From the NCBI GenBank assembly GCA_002726395.1, contig PBTA01000030.1, forward strand, positions 29,877 to 93,876: a stretch of 64,000 nt of DNA. The letters run 5' to 3'. Below the pieces are notes generated by a model that was given only the letters and a program-made list of their open reading frames with translations, made no database searches and was not told where the DNA came from. The stretch is from Methanobacteriota archaeon. Its GTDB lineage: Archaea > Thermoplasmatota > Poseidoniia > Poseidoniales > Poseidoniaceae. Below are positions 1-10,997 of the stretch, in pieces; position 1 is the stretch's first letter, and every line of letters begins with the position of its first letter. A program made the position numbers and the translations under genes.

Positions 1-2367
1 GATGAACTAAATTCACACTTAGTAGATCTTGGTTGGCTGGCTAAACTAGAAACAGGAGAGCCGTGGTTAGTACAGATAATCCCATCCCCTGAAAGGCAAT
101 TTCCTGCTTCAAAAACAACTCTTGGTTTTTGGTCGGTGTCAATTCTCACCGCAACTTTGGCTGGAATGTTTTGGATAGATGGTTCTAGGCCTGAAGATGG
201 ATGGCTTTTTGAATCATTATTCCTCGATGCATTTGTTGGCTATACATTGCCAGTTTTTGCAATAATTATGTTAGCGTCTTTTGCTCAGAAATATCATGCG
301 CAAAAGCATGGTCTAAGAGTGGGTCACTTAACCCCAATACCAGAGCCATCTATCAGTTTATTCTCATTAGGGCTTATGTCAAAATCAATGTTAATTTGGC
401 CGTTTGGTATTCTGATAATACCGACACTCCCAAGAATGGATGCTAGGCCATGGAAAGATCGTGAATTACTAGGTTGGAGCGCCCTTATTGTTCCAAGTAT
501 TTTGATAATTTCTGGTATGGCTTTATGGATATTAGGATTGTTACTTACTCCTGATTTAGTAGCAGTTACCTCTATGCAATACGTTGCAGAGATGCCTTTG
601 TTAGTCAACTTATTGAGTCCAATAATCGCTGATGGTATTTCTGTAAAGATTGTTTGGGCTCACCCGTTATCTAAGGCTGGAGCAATGTTAAGTTTCTTTG
701 GTTGGGTATCCTTATTGCCTATTCCAACATTCCCTGGCGGGCGGTTGTTAATAGCTAGGACTAGCATGAATGAAGCAAGAAATTCGACCAATCAACTATT
801 TTTGTTTGCCGTAATACTTGCTTTTGCTTGGATGTTTAACGCATTTGGTAGTTTCAACATTTGGTTACCTGTTCTAGGGGTTGCATTTCCTCTCTTGTTA
901 TTTATGGGCTCAGACCGGAGGGTGCCAGTCATCCTCAATGAACCAAAAGGAATCGAGCTTGATAGTGTAAAAAAGATGGGTATGTATCTGTTTGTTATCT
1001 TTTTACTTGGCTTACCAAGTCAAATACCATTTGCCATGGATCAAGATTGGGATGAGGATATTGAATATCAATTTGATGACGATATCACTATATTGGAAGG
1101 TAATCAAACATGGTATGGTAATTTAGTGATTGATATTGTTAACCCATCATCGATTTCTCAAGACTGGCAACTAGACCTGGCTAGGATAGATGATATTGTG
1201 TCACCTGATTGGAATTTCACTTGGCAATGTAGTGATGATGACAGACCATCACTGTCAGGACTAGGTTGTGGAGACGTCATAAAACCGGGTATGAAATCTT
1301 CTGTTATACTTAATGTGACATGGAATTCCGCCAGTTACTCTCCTCATTTAGATGAGGTTTATTTGATCACATATATTGGCGATGAAGAGTATGTTTCAAT
1401 AATCGAACTAATACCAGACTTACCAATTTACCCCGGTGGTGATTGGTATCTAGATTATCGGTCAGATGAACTCAAGAGATGCATACAAGTATTTACTAAC
1501 ATAGATGGTTCTTACAATCTGACCTTCCCTAATTCGGCCAATGATTTTGATTTCCAAACCCGGATGTATTGGGTAGAAGGTAACCCTGGTTTATCAGCAG
1601 AAATCGACCATACCTCTGATGAAATTTGTATTAAGGGCCAAGATCCAGTGGTTCTGTTAAGATCGTATGTACTAGACGCTATATCACTAGACGATAATCT
1701 ATTTTACCCCAATCAACCAGAATTAAATCTACAACTTATTACTCCAGAAAATGGTACGTTAATTGATTCAACAGATGTAAGAGGATGGGGTTCTGAAATT
1801 TCTCCAGGTACTATACTCTCAGTATCGGAGTCTAATTGTAAATTAGCTAGCAAAGTCAGCACGCCGACAAAACCAGGCGATTCATCCCAATGGATTTGGA
1901 ATACTAATTACCGTAGTACTGCACTTATTCCATCGATACAAGATAATGATTCGATACTATTAGTAATCGAAGAAGGGAACAACATGACGATTTGCTCGGA
2001 CCAGTTGTATCCAGAACCATCCCTAGAAGTATCAGTCGAGTATGGTCCAGAATTGATTCTAGAAAGAAATGGTAATTTCTATCGGTTATGGACTTCTATT
2101 TGGGCATCTGCAGTAAACGGTCAACTATCTGGTAATAATCTTTCAGAATTTGTATTTCATAATCCAACTAACGAAACAATTGGAGTAAATATTGTACAGA
2201 CTACCTCTGGTAATGAATCTACAGATTGGGAAATAGTCAGTTCGACAAATTTACTTACACCAGGTGAAAACGAGTTTAAATTTACTCCACCAAACAGTGT
2301 CGTCTCTACATTATGGGTCGATTTTGAAGATGGAGAAGTTTACATCTATCTTGGTAGTTATTCGTGA
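1..2367 (+). CDS. Polytopic membrane protein with a large extracytoplasmic domain rich in N-glycosylation sequons, probably a surface glycoprotein. It is truncated at the 5' window edge, because the reading frame stays open from nt 1 in the frame of the listed 136 GTG start.
   Basis: Frame 1 has no stop from nt 1 to 2367 (DELNSHLVDLGWLAKLETGEPW... continues into the listed ORF). The N-terminal roughly 300 aa contain several hydrophobic TM helices. The C-terminal roughly 450 aa are hydrophilic with many NxS/T sequons (NQTW, NFTW, NVTW, NLTF, NGTL, NMTI, NETI, NEST). No catalytic motif was recognised. Confidence 0.45.
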   Translation, partial: DELNSHLVDLGWLAKLETGEPWLVQIIPSPERQFPASKTTLGFWSVSILTATLAGMFWIDGSRPEDGWLFESLFLDAFVGYTLPVFAIIMLASFAQKYHAQKHGLRVGHLTPIPEPSISLFSLGLMSKSMLIWPFGILIIPTLPRMDARPWKDRELLGWSALIVPSILIISGMALWILGLLLTPDLVAVTSMQYVAEMPLLVNLLSPIIADGISVKIVWAHPLSKAGAMLSFFGWVSLLPIPTFPGGRLLIARTSMNEARNSTNQLFLFAVILAFAWMFNAFGSFNIWLPVLGVAFPLLLFMGSDRRVPVILNEPKGIELDSVKKMGMYLFVIFLLGLPSQIPFAMDQDWDEDIEYQFDDDITILEGNQTWYGNLVIDIVNPSSISQDWQLDLARIDDIVSPDWNFTWQCSDDDRPSLSGLGCGDVIKPGMKSSVILNVTWNSASYSPHLDEVYLITYIGDEEYVSIIELIPDLPIYPGGDWYLDYRSDELKRCIQVFTNIDGSYNLTFPNSANDFDFQTRMYWVEGNPGLSAEIDHTSDEICIKGQDPVVLLRSYVLDAISLDDNLFYPNQPELNLQLITPENGTLIDSTDVRGWGSEISPGTILSVSESNCKLASKVSTPTKPGDSSQWIWNTNYRSTALIPSIQDNDSILLVIEEGNNMTICSDQLYPEPSLEVSVEYGPELILERNGNFYRLWTSIWASAVNGQLSGNNLSEFVFHNPTNETIGVNIVQTTSGNESTDWEIVSSTNLLTPGENEFKFTPPNSVVSTLWVDFEDGEVYIYLGSYS

Positions 2368-2375
2368 GTGGTAAT

Positions 2376-3311
2376 ATGAAAATAGCAATTTTAGGTGCAG
2401 GTTCAATTGGTAGCCTAATTGCTGCGAAATTGGCAAGTTCTAAACTTGCCCAAGTACTTGTACATGCCCGGGGTGAACACGCTGCAAAGTTGGCGTTAGA
2501 CGGGATTACGATAACTGGGCATCAAGAACTGAAAATTTCTCCAGATGCTTATGAAATATCTATTGCCGATGTGATGGTGAATGATATTTTTGACGGTGCA
2601 GCAGATTATGTTTTGATATGTAGTAAAGCCAACCAAGTTGAGAAGTTATTTGAAATCGCTAAGCGAATGTGCCACATAGACACAAAAGTTCTGGTGCTGA
2701 GTAATGGTCTTGGTCATGTTGAAAAATGTAAGGGCACTTTTGGACCACATCGTACCATCGCAGCCACTACTACACACGGCGCTTGGCGTCCTAGTCCAGG
2801 GGTAGTAAATTGGGCAGGAATTGGAGCCATTAATTTAGGAGAGTTGCCATTTGGGGCTAACTTGACAGAGATTCAGGATTTTGTAGATTTATTGGAACAG
2901 TCAGGTTTGAATCCAAATTTACAACCTGATGGTATGGCTATGATTTGGTCTAAAATATTGCTAAATATTGCGATTAATCCAATCGCTGCGATTACCGGAC
3001 TTAGCAATGGTGCATTACTTGAGAATGAGATGTTTGAGACCTGTGTTGAAGTAATGTTAGAAGGCGCTAAAATCTCAAGATTAGAAGGCATTACAACACT
3101 TGATGATGCAACCTTGATTGATAATCTTAGAGTTGTTTTACAAGCAACATCAAACAATCAATGCAGTATGTTGCAGGATGTACGGCAAGGAAGAGACACT
3201 GAAATTCAATTTCTCAACCGACAGATTGTTGATAGGGCAGAGAAATATGGTGTTTCAACTCCGTTGAACCAATTATTGAGCCAATTGGTAGAATCGATAA
3301 CATCATACTAA
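2376..3311 (+). CDS. panE: 2-dehydropantoate 2-reductase (ketopantoate reductase, ApbA/PanE family)
   Basis: N-terminal Rossmann motif MKIAILGAGSIGS. Family-typical SNGLG and overall length of about 310 aa match PanE. ATG at 2376 is preferred over the GTG at 2364. Confidence 0.65.
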   Translation: MKIAILGAGSIGSLIAAKLASSKLAQVLVHARGEHAAKLALDGITITGHQELKISPDAYEISIADVMVNDIFDGAADYVLICSKANQVEKLFEIAKRMCHIDTKVLVLSNGLGHVEKCKGTFGPHRTIAATTTHGAWRPSPGVVNWAGIGAINLGELPFGANLTEIQDFVDLLEQSGLNPNLQPDGMAMIWSKILLNIAINPIAAITGLSNGALLENEMFETCVEVMLEGAKISRLEGITTLDDATLIDNLRVVLQATSNNQCSMLQDVRQGRDTEIQFLNRQIVDRAEKYGVSTPLNQLLSQLVESITSY

Positions 3312-4931
3312 CTCTGTGTTGTAGTGAAGGCCCCGGTTTTCCTTTCTGCCAATGGCATCATTGGTTACTAAAATGGCTACTTGAATTAAATTACGTAATT
3401 CAATTATCTCTCTAGATGGGAGTGATGATTTCCAGATCATGTCGATTTCTTGGTTTAGCAGATGTAATCTTCTTGATGCACGATTTAATCGCTTAAAATT
3501 CCTGACAATTCCGACTTCTGTTGACATTGTATCTCTTAGCATTGTTAAATCATTGATGATTGGTGCATGTTCCTTAAGCTCATTTAATCCATCTGCACGC
3601 CAATCAGGCAAGGCTTTTCGTGTTCCTTTTGGATTATTTTCGATTATGTGATTGGCGGTGTTTTTAGCAAATACAACCGCTTCAAGCAGGCTATTTGATG
3701 CCAATCGATTGGCTCCATGCATTCCTGTACAAGCGACTTCGCCGATGGCATAGAGGTTGGGCAGTGGTGATTTTTTATTCCTTAATTTTGGTCTTCCATC
3801 ACGGTCAACATCCAATCCACCTACAATGTAATGTGCAGCAGGCGATATTGGTAAATTATCAATACCAAGTCGTAGATTATATTTGTCAAGATGGCTTTGC
3901 ATGTTTGGAAATGACTCTTCAAGCATTGCCTTGTCTAAATGTGAGGTTATTAGATAGACATTTTGTTCACCGGTTTTTTTGAGATTATTATCAATTGCTC
4001 TGGCAACTATATCTCGAGTTGCCATCGAACCTAATTTAGAGAATTCAAGGGTGAATGAATAATTGCTTGGCGCTGGCACTTCTTGTCCAAGTTCTCTAGC
4101 GGTTTGGCAATCATTTTGCCACATTGCTAATCCTTGTTTATCGAGAATTACTCCTCCTTCACCCCTTAGTGCTTCGGTTATCAGGAAAGGGCGGTCATTT
4201 TTGACTGTTAGAGCAGTAGGGTGAAATTGAATAAAAGCCATGTCTTTCACCGCTGCTCCACACCGATAAGCCATCGCTACGCCGTCTCCAGTTGCAACTC
4301 CTGGATTAGTTGTTTTCGACCATAATTGGCCAACTCCACCTGTCGCTATTATGACACTATCAGAATTAACGGTAATTACTTCACTAGATTTTTGATCTAA
4401 ACACCAAACTCCACACACTCCCTGTTCTGGGTTGCCATAATCTCGTTGAATCAAATCTATTGCCAGAGTGTTTCGCATCAATGAAATATTGTTGTGATTC
4501 TTTGCAGCTTCGCTCAAAGCTCGTTCAATCTCTCGGCCTGTTGCATCTTTAGCATGTAAAATCCTACGTTCAGCATGACCTCCTTCCTTGGCTAATTTAA
4601 ACTCACCATGCTGATTTTTTTCAAATTTAACTCCTATGTTTACAAGCTCAAATATGCACTCAGCAGCTCCTTCTATAACTTCTCGAACCATTTCCTCATT
4701 GCATAATCCATCTCCGGATTTTAAGGTATCTTCAATATGAGATTCTTTGGCTCCAATATCTGTTTTATCTAATATTCCAGCAATCCCACCTTGAGCCCAA
4801 TTAGTTGATGAGTCTTTGAGTCGTTGTTTGGTGATAACTGTGACATTATGTCCAGCATTAGCTAATTTGAGTGCTGAAAACAATCCAGCAATTCCACTGC
4901 CGATAATCGCAATGTTTGACATGGTAGGCAA
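3303..4931 (-). CDS. nadB: L-aspartate oxidase-like FAD flavoprotein (NadB/SdhA/FrdA family)
   Basis: N-terminal FAD dinucleotide-binding motif IAIIGSGIAGL. A HYxxGG-type motif (AAHYIVGGLDVD). The 542-aa size fits NadB better than the roughly 580-600-aa SdhA. Confidence 0.55.
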   Translation of the reverse strand: MPTMSNIAIIGSGIAGLFSALKLANAGHNVTVITKQRLKDSSTNWAQGGIAGILDKTDIGAKESHIEDTLKSGDGLCNEEMVREVIEGAAECIFELVNIGVKFEKNQHGEFKLAKEGGHAERRILHAKDATGREIERALSEAAKNHNNISLMRNTLAIDLIQRDYGNPEQGVCGVWCLDQKSSEVITVNSDSVIIATGGVGQLWSKTTNPGVATGDGVAMAYRCGAAVKDMAFIQFHPTALTVKNDRPFLITEALRGEGGVILDKQGLAMWQNDCQTARELGQEVPAPSNYSFTLEFSKLGSMATRDIVARAIDNNLKKTGEQNVYLITSHLDKAMLEESFPNMQSHLDKYNLRLGIDNLPISPAAHYIVGGLDVDRDGRPKLRNKKSPLPNLYAIGEVACTGMHGANRLASNSLLEAVVFAKNTANHIIENNPKGTRKALPDWRADGLNELKEHAPIINDLTMLRDTMSTEVGIVRNFKRLNRASRRLHLLNQEIDMIWKSSLPSREIIELRNLIQVAILVTNDAIGRKENRGLHYNTELV

Positions 4932-4992
4932 ACTTACCGAAATGATACTTCCTTTTCAAGTGTTTGAGCGATAGACATATCAAACGAATTCA

Positions 4993-5781
4993 ATGTGGGC
5001 AACCATGGGCAGCCTAAGGCGCAATCTCGCGACCATCATTGGCCTCTCTATGGTCGTATTTGTCATTGCAAATGTACAATTTGGCATGGTTGCTCCACAA
5101 ATTATTGAAGGTGCAGATACTTCAAAGGTTGACGTACTCAAAATGCTTGAACCTCATTGTGCAATTTCCGAAATTGAATCAGAATTAGCTGAAGGAAATG
5201 ATAGTTTTTGTCTAGCAGATGCTGGAGAATGGAACGGGGCAGATTTACTTCTGTTAGCCGAGGGAGTATTCATGGTGTTTGTGGGTAGATTCAAATTTCC
5301 CCAACAAGGGAGATGGGCAAAACGACTTAGAAGGCTGGCATTTATTGGCGGGTGTTCACTATTTGGTCTCGCGATATTAGATCGATTAGAAGTTTTACCG
5401 AGGTCTGTAGGCTCTAAAGGGATTGCTGAATTAATACCATTAGATGTCTCGCCATTATTTGTTCAACTAGGAATGGCGATAGTGGGGGCATTCATGATGC
5501 GTGGTCCTAAGCATTGGGAGGCTGAAGCAGTTGATTTGACCAATAAACGGTTAGAAAGTCGACGTGCAGTAGCAGATAAATTCCGTTCTAAGTATGGCAC
5601 TATTGCTAAGCCATTGCCCGAATTACACGGGAAACAACAACGTGTTGCCCGCTCGCCATTAATGCACAGAGATTCAAAATTAGCAATGCAACGTTCGACA
5701 AACTCTGTCAAGGTTAAGGCAACATGTCCTTATTGCGAAGGTGCAGGTTGTAAAACATGTAATTTTTCTGGTAATATTTAG
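4993..5781 (+). CDS. Hypothetical membrane protein with a C-terminal zinc ribbon
   Basis: Several hydrophobic helices. C-terminal CPYCEGAGCKTCNFSG (CxxC...CxxC). Confidence 0.35.
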   Translation: MWATMGSLRRNLATIIGLSMVVFVIANVQFGMVAPQIIEGADTSKVDVLKMLEPHCAISEIESELAEGNDSFCLADAGEWNGADLLLLAEGVFMVFVGRFKFPQQGRWAKRLRRLAFIGGCSLFGLAILDRLEVLPRSVGSKGIAELIPLDVSPLFVQLGMAIVGAFMMRGPKHWEAEAVDLTNKRLESRRAVADKFRSKYGTIAKPLPELHGKQQRVARSPLMHRDSKLAMQRSTNSVKVKATCPYCEGAGCKTCNFSGNI

Positions 5782-5906
5782 TCCTACACGGGTAAATTTG
5801 ACAACTAGTAAAAACGCAGTATTGAATACTCAACACTAGTATACTTTAAGACCTTTAGAAGTCCGCTCTAGAGAATAAGGTCGGAGTTTATTTTCCGCTT
5901 GAGGGA

Positions 5907-8900
5907 TTGGGTATGTATCTAAAAGCACTTGAAGTTTCAAATTTCAAATCATTCAAAGGAGAGGTAACGATACCTCTAGAGAGGGGGTTTACAGCAATTA
6001 CCGGGCCAAATGGTTCAGGTAAATCGAATTGTGGAGACGCAATTCAATTCGTATTAGGTCCTAGGTCTAACAAAACAATTCGTGCTCAAAATTCCAAAGA
6101 TTTGATTTTCAACGGAGGAAATAACAACAAACCAGCAAGATCCTGTAATGTTACTTTGGTATTTGCCAATCCGACACTGGATAATGGCCGCAGGAGGCTT
6201 CCAGTCAATCTAGATGAGGTCAGAATGTCTCGTTCGATTAGACTAACTAAAAGCGGTAATGTCGTCACCAACTATCACCTAAATGATGAGGAAAGTTCAC
6301 AAAAGTCGTTCCATCGTATCCTTGGTGCAGCAAATGCTAGACCTGACGGATATAACATTGTCTTGCAAGGAGATGTTACAAGTTTAGCAAAAATGACGGC
6401 TAAAGAACGTCGAAAGGTATTGGATAGTGTTGCTGGAGTCACATTGTATGATGATGAGATAAGAAAGGCAGACCGTCAAAAACAAAGTGTCGAAGATTAT
6501 ATTGAAAGAATCAAACTCCTAGAGGACGGCCAAAAATCAAGGCTTAAAGATCTCAAGAAACAAAAAGATCTCGCAATGAAAGTAAAAGACTTGGTGGAAG
6601 AATTAAATCAATCAAGAATTATCGCATACCAAGCAAACTATGCAAGTCAGTTGGCAGAAAAGCAATATCAAGTCGATGAACAAGCTAGGTATTTACAAGA
6701 AGCAAATGACCTAGATTTACAGGTTAAAGAAGGGTCGAAAAAGCTACTTTCTTTAGATGACCAAGTCGGTGAATTACAGAGGCAAATAGAGGAATTAACC
6801 GGTGGAGAGAACAAAGGCCTCAATAAATTAATTTTTGATTTACATTTGAAAATCGATACTAATAAAGATCGAATCTCTGACGCAGAAAGTAAAGACTTAG
6901 ATGACAAAAATGAAGTCATGGTTCTAAATGAGCAATTAGAAAATGCCGCATCTGCGTTAGAAGAGTTCATCCGAACCTTAGATTCAGCACAGACGGACCT
7001 TGAAACTTCCAAATCATCTCTAAAAGAAGCAAAATCAGAAGAATTAGCAGTGCAAGAAATAATGGAATCATCCGGAGACGAGAGTGCAAAGTTTTCCCAA
7101 CATTTGACTAAACTTCTTGGGGAATTAGGGTTAGCAAATGAAACTCTAAATGCTGCACAAACTGAGGTAAACCGTACTGCTGCCCAAGCAGAAATAATCT
7201 CAGAGCAATTATCTAATGCGCAGCAAGAATCAGAAGAGAACCGATTACTACTTGGTGAATTAGAATTACAAGGCGAAGAATTTACCGGGCCAAATTCCAC
7301 AGTAGACCGAAATAAGTTGTCAACCGATTTGATAACTGCTCAAAGGAGTGAAGGCAAATTAGTTGAGGAATCTCAATTGATAGAAAACAAACTTAGAGAA
7401 TCGGAAAGAAAGCGAGAAAGGTTACGCGCTGAAATGGAAACCTCCTCCGGCGCTAAAGGAATGGCAGGAGGGGCTGCGGCAATTATTGCAGCTCGAGATA
7501 ATGGTGAACTTACTGGTATTATTGGGAGTATTGCTGAATTATGTGCACCTGTAGATTCATCTCATGACAGCGCCTTAGCCACAGCAATAGGCGGGGGTAT
7601 GACTTCGATTATTGTGGAAAGTGATGAAGTTGCAGCAAGAGCAATAAAATGGTTGGCTGAAAGAAGAGCTGGAAGGGCAACCTTCTTGCCACTCAACAAG
7701 CTAAACAGCAACAGAACTGCAGGAAAAGCATTGATGGTTTCTAAGAAGCCCGGAGTAATTGGTTTTGCTCATGAATTATTAGATTATGATCCCAAAATAG
7801 ATATTGCGATTAAATTTGTGCTAAGGAATACGCTGATTGTAGATTCGTTATCTACGGCTAGAAGTAACATGGGAGGCGTTAGGCTAGTTACTCTGCGTGG
7901 TGATGTGACTGAAGCTGGTGGAGCTATGGTTGGAGGTTCTAAACGCAAAATGTCCGTATCATTTGGTGGTGGCATAAAAGGTGCCACTGAAGTAGAAAAA
8001 CTATCTTCTGAAATTAGTAAATTACAACTTATGTCCGAAACTGTCAATGCGGCATTATTGGAGGCTAGAAGGGAACAACAAAGGCTACGTACCAAAATCA
8101 ACGAGTTGACTGATAGTGATCATGCTGTAAAATTGCAAGAATGGCGGGCTGAATTAAAGCAAGCCAAAACAGTCTACAATAAATCATTAGGTGAAATCAC
8201 TACAATTGAAAAGAAGCTATTAGACCTTGAAGGATTAGCATCAGGCCATATAGATGAATTAGATGATGCTCAATCTGTAGTTGCAGATTTGGAATCCGCA
8301 ATATTAGCGGCCAGGGCCCAACTTGAATCTGCAAGTCCAGAACATCTCAAAGATAGAATGCATGCTGCAGAAATTAAACGTCTTGATGCAGAAGGTACAA
8401 TGTCCAAGGCCCTAGCTGCGTTAGAGAGCGGTTCTGAGCACAAAGATTTGCTAAACCAGAGAGTCCAAGACTTGGAGTCAAGAATCAGGTCTATCGATAA
8501 GGCAATTATAGAGAGAAGCGAAATGATTGATACTTTACAAGCAGCAATTGCCACGGATTCTATCGACCTAAAAGATAAGGAAGAAGAAAGAACTCAACTA
8601 CTTGAAGAGAACAAAGGTCTTGAGGATGAAAGAATAGAACTCGTCGATGAGAGGGCTAGCCTAAGGACAGAGTTGCAGCAGAAATCTACTGATTCGCAAT
8701 CACGCCGAAGATTAAGTGATGAACTTTCAAGGTCTATTGTCAATAAAGATATGGCCATTAATGAACTATATTCTGAAATGCAAAGCAATGGAGTAGAACC
8801 TGCTGAATTAGATGTTACGTTGCCCTCAGTTGGAGATGCTGATAAGAAGGTTAGGACACTTGAAAGAGCCATGGAACGTCACGGTCCAGTAAATATGCTT

Positions 8901-9797
8901 GCTATAGAACAGTATGCTGAGTGCGAGGAACGGCTAAATTCAATGAAGGATGAATTTAAGCAGTTGCAAGCCAGAAAAGCAAACCTTGTCGACATCACAG
9001 AGAAATTAGAAAGCCAAAGAAAGTCAAAGTTGATTAAAGTATTAGATAAAGTAAATGAAAATTTCAAGAACTCGTACAAGATTTTGAGCGATGGTGGAAA
9101 GGGTGAACTGTATTTAGAAAACCCTGAGGAACCATTCAAGGCAGGTCTCGAATTATGGGCTAAGCCAAAGGGTAAATCGTCTAAGGTTAACCGTTTACAA
9201 TTGTCTGGTGGAGAACAATCAATGGCTGCTTTAGCGTTGATTTTTGCCATTCAAGATTATGACCCAAGTCCGTTTTACTACTTTGATGAAGTTGACCAAA
9301 ATCTGGATGCGGTAAATGCAGAATTGATTGCTAAGATGTGTCGGCAGAGAAGTAAGAAAGCTCAATTCATTATGGTCACCTTGAGAAAGGTATCATTGAG
9401 GCTTGCAGACCATCATATTGGAATTACTCATGGTGGAGACGGCTGCAGTAGAAGAATTGTCGACTTTGATCGTGACAGAGCCATTGAATTGAGCGAAATT
9501 GAATCTGCCAAGGACAATCCACTCGATGAAAGGATCAATGCAATAAAGCTTGAAAAACAACTTGAAGCAGATTCTGACATGCCAACTGTTCCAGAACCGT
9601 TGCCACCACCTAGTAGCCTAGGTGGATTGTTAAACTATACTGAAGATGATGACATTGAAGACTCCTCAATCTCGAGTCTTGCGGATAGGGCTAGTGAACT
9701 GACTGAGGATATTGAAGAACGGCAAGAATTAGTTGAAGCGATTGAAGCAATTAATGAAGAATTAGCAAAAGAAGATGACTTGGAAGTTAAAGAATAA
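5907..9797 (+). CDS. smc: Chromosome segregation protein SMC
   Basis: N-terminal Walker A (ITGPNGSGKSN). A central hinge (GG-rich segment IIGSIAELCAPVD...GGGM). Long coiled-coil arms. C-terminal signature and Walker B (LSGGEQSMAALALIFAIQDYDPSPFYYFDEVD). About 1296 aa including an acidic C-terminal tail. Confidence 0.92.
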   Translation: MGMYLKALEVSNFKSFKGEVTIPLERGFTAITGPNGSGKSNCGDAIQFVLGPRSNKTIRAQNSKDLIFNGGNNNKPARSCNVTLVFANPTLDNGRRRLPVNLDEVRMSRSIRLTKSGNVVTNYHLNDEESSQKSFHRILGAANARPDGYNIVLQGDVTSLAKMTAKERRKVLDSVAGVTLYDDEIRKADRQKQSVEDYIERIKLLEDGQKSRLKDLKKQKDLAMKVKDLVEELNQSRIIAYQANYASQLAEKQYQVDEQARYLQEANDLDLQVKEGSKKLLSLDDQVGELQRQIEELTGGENKGLNKLIFDLHLKIDTNKDRISDAESKDLDDKNEVMVLNEQLENAASALEEFIRTLDSAQTDLETSKSSLKEAKSEELAVQEIMESSGDESAKFSQHLTKLLGELGLANETLNAAQTEVNRTAAQAEIISEQLSNAQQESEENRLLLGELELQGEEFTGPNSTVDRNKLSTDLITAQRSEGKLVEESQLIENKLRESERKRERLRAEMETSSGAKGMAGGAAAIIAARDNGELTGIIGSIAELCAPVDSSHDSALATAIGGGMTSIIVESDEVAARAIKWLAERRAGRATFLPLNKLNSNRTAGKALMVSKKPGVIGFAHELLDYDPKIDIAIKFVLRNTLIVDSLSTARSNMGGVRLVTLRGDVTEAGGAMVGGSKRKMSVSFGGGIKGATEVEKLSSEISKLQLMSETVNAALLEARREQQRLRTKINELTDSDHAVKLQEWRAELKQAKTVYNKSLGEITTIEKKLLDLEGLASGHIDELDDAQSVVADLESAILAARAQLESASPEHLKDRMHAAEIKRLDAEGTMSKALAALESGSEHKDLLNQRVQDLESRIRSIDKAIIERSEMIDTLQAAIATDSIDLKDKEEERTQLLEENKGLEDERIELVDERASLRTELQQKSTDSQSRRRLSDELSRSIVNKDMAINELYSEMQSNGVEPAELDVTLPSVGDADKKVRTLERAMERHGPVNMLAIEQYAECEERLNSMKDEFKQLQARKANLVDITEKLESQRKSKLIKVLDKVNENFKNSYKILSDGGKGELYLENPEEPFKAGLELWAKPKGKSSKVNRLQLSGGEQSMAALALIFAIQDYDPSPFYYFDEVDQNLDAVNAELIAKMCRQRSKKAQFIMVTLRKVSLRLADHHIGITHGGDGCSRRIVDFDRDRAIELSEIESAKDNPLDERINAIKLEKQLEADSDMPTVPEPLPPPSSLGGLLNYTEDDDIEDSSISSLADRASELTEDIEERQELVEAIEAINEELAKEDDLEVKE

Positions 9798-9812
9798 TCG
9801 TGAGGTGAGGGC

Positions 9813-10985
9813 TTGTCAACAAAACAATCAGTATTGGATAAATGGTTCCTTAGGCAGGATATTATCAATCAATTACTTGAATCAGGCGAGGAATCAGAAG
9901 ATGCGCTAAAGTTCGCTGAACGAATTATGCCAGTAGTTGAAGCAGAGGAATCCGAATACCAATCACTGGATGACCCATTTGACAGGTCGGTAGCCTTAGT
10001 ATTGTCATTGGTTAAAGACCAGGAACTAAACCCCTGGGACATAGATTTGTCCACTTTCTTGAAAGTATTTACTAAACGGGTTAGATCTGAATCCGATAAA
10101 CTGAATTTACCTGCATGTGGGCGTTTGATTAGGATGGCTTGGGAAGTTTTGAATCAACAAGCAATGGTGCTATTTGATAGAGTACAAAACATGGACCAAG
10201 AAGAGGATTGGGAGGATGAAATTGATTTTGGATGGGAGTCGGATTATGATGACCAGGATTATCTGTTTACTACTTCAATTCTAGAAGGGGATGTAGAACA
10301 ATTACTTCCATCATTGTTTGACGAAAGAATACGTCGAGACGAAGGTAGGCCAGTGACTTTAGGTGAACTTTTATCTGCCTTCAAAGATGCTGCAGAGGAC
10401 GCAGAAGAATTAAAAATTCGAGAAGAAAACAGGATTGCACATCAAGCAGAATTAGGTGACTATCTGAACAATGTTGGTAGTAGGATGCATAATGAAGATT
10501 TGGAAGGTGACATCTATAGATGCTGGTCAGCGCTTAGAAAGGCTTGTCAAAAATCGGGTTCAGCCAAAGTAAAAGTAATTCAGGTAATGGCTGAATTAAA
10601 TGATATCTTATTGGCTGAAAATGGTCATATTGAACAAGGCTATGAAGAAGAATCTAAAGTAGCATCATTCATAGCCAGCCTGTTTTTGACTCATCGAGGA
10701 TTTGCTCTAATAAGTCAAGATGAAGTACCCTATGGTGATATCATGTTAGAAGATTTATGGCCAGGGGTCACAGAGTTCAATGATATCAAGGAACTTATTG
10801 AGGATAAAAAGGAAGTTCAAAGCAACTCTTCAGAGAAAGAAGAGACAGGTTCAGTACAATTTGCCAAACGTCGAGCCGAAAAAATAAGAGCAAAAGAAGA
10901 GAAAGCGAGGAAACAATTCGAGCAAGAGCAAATCCAATCATCAGTGGAAGATGATTTGCCTGAGCATGATTGGTTGGTAGAGTAA
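9813..10985 (+). CDS. scpA: Segregation and condensation protein A (ScpA kleisin), a long acidic form
   Basis: Immediately 3' of smc. N-terminal ScpA-like helix (ALVLSLVKDQELNPWDIDLSTFLKVF) and a C-terminal winged-helix-like region. At 390 aa it is longer than the typical ~250-aa ScpA, owing to acidic inserts. Confidence 0.55.
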   Translation: MSTKQSVLDKWFLRQDIINQLLESGEESEDALKFAERIMPVVEAEESEYQSLDDPFDRSVALVLSLVKDQELNPWDIDLSTFLKVFTKRVRSESDKLNLPACGRLIRMAWEVLNQQAMVLFDRVQNMDQEEDWEDEIDFGWESDYDDQDYLFTTSILEGDVEQLLPSLFDERIRRDEGRPVTLGELLSAFKDAAEDAEELKIREENRIAHQAELGDYLNNVGSRMHNEDLEGDIYRCWSALRKACQKSGSAKVKVIQVMAELNDILLAENGHIEQGYEEESKVASFIASLFLTHRGFALISQDEVPYGDIMLEDLWPGVTEFNDIKELIEDKKEVQSNSSEKEETGSVQFAKRRAEKIRAKEEKARKQFEQEQIQSSVEDDLPEHDWLVE

Positions 10986-10997
10986 GGATTTGATTAC

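Noticed and set aside
6668-7300. 210-aa minus-strand ORF inside smc, and similar antisense ORFs throughout (324-608, 2873-3157, 7784-9250, 13216-13641, 15278-15661, 34970-35377, 37116-37475, 41588-42064, 45583-45885, 52596-53525, 56425-56808, 58661-58960, 61447-61749, 62369-62740 and others)
   Set aside because: They lie entirely within, and antisense or out of frame to, long well-supported genes. They have low-complexity Ser/Leu-rich translations typical of shadow ORFs in AT-rich DNA. No motifs.
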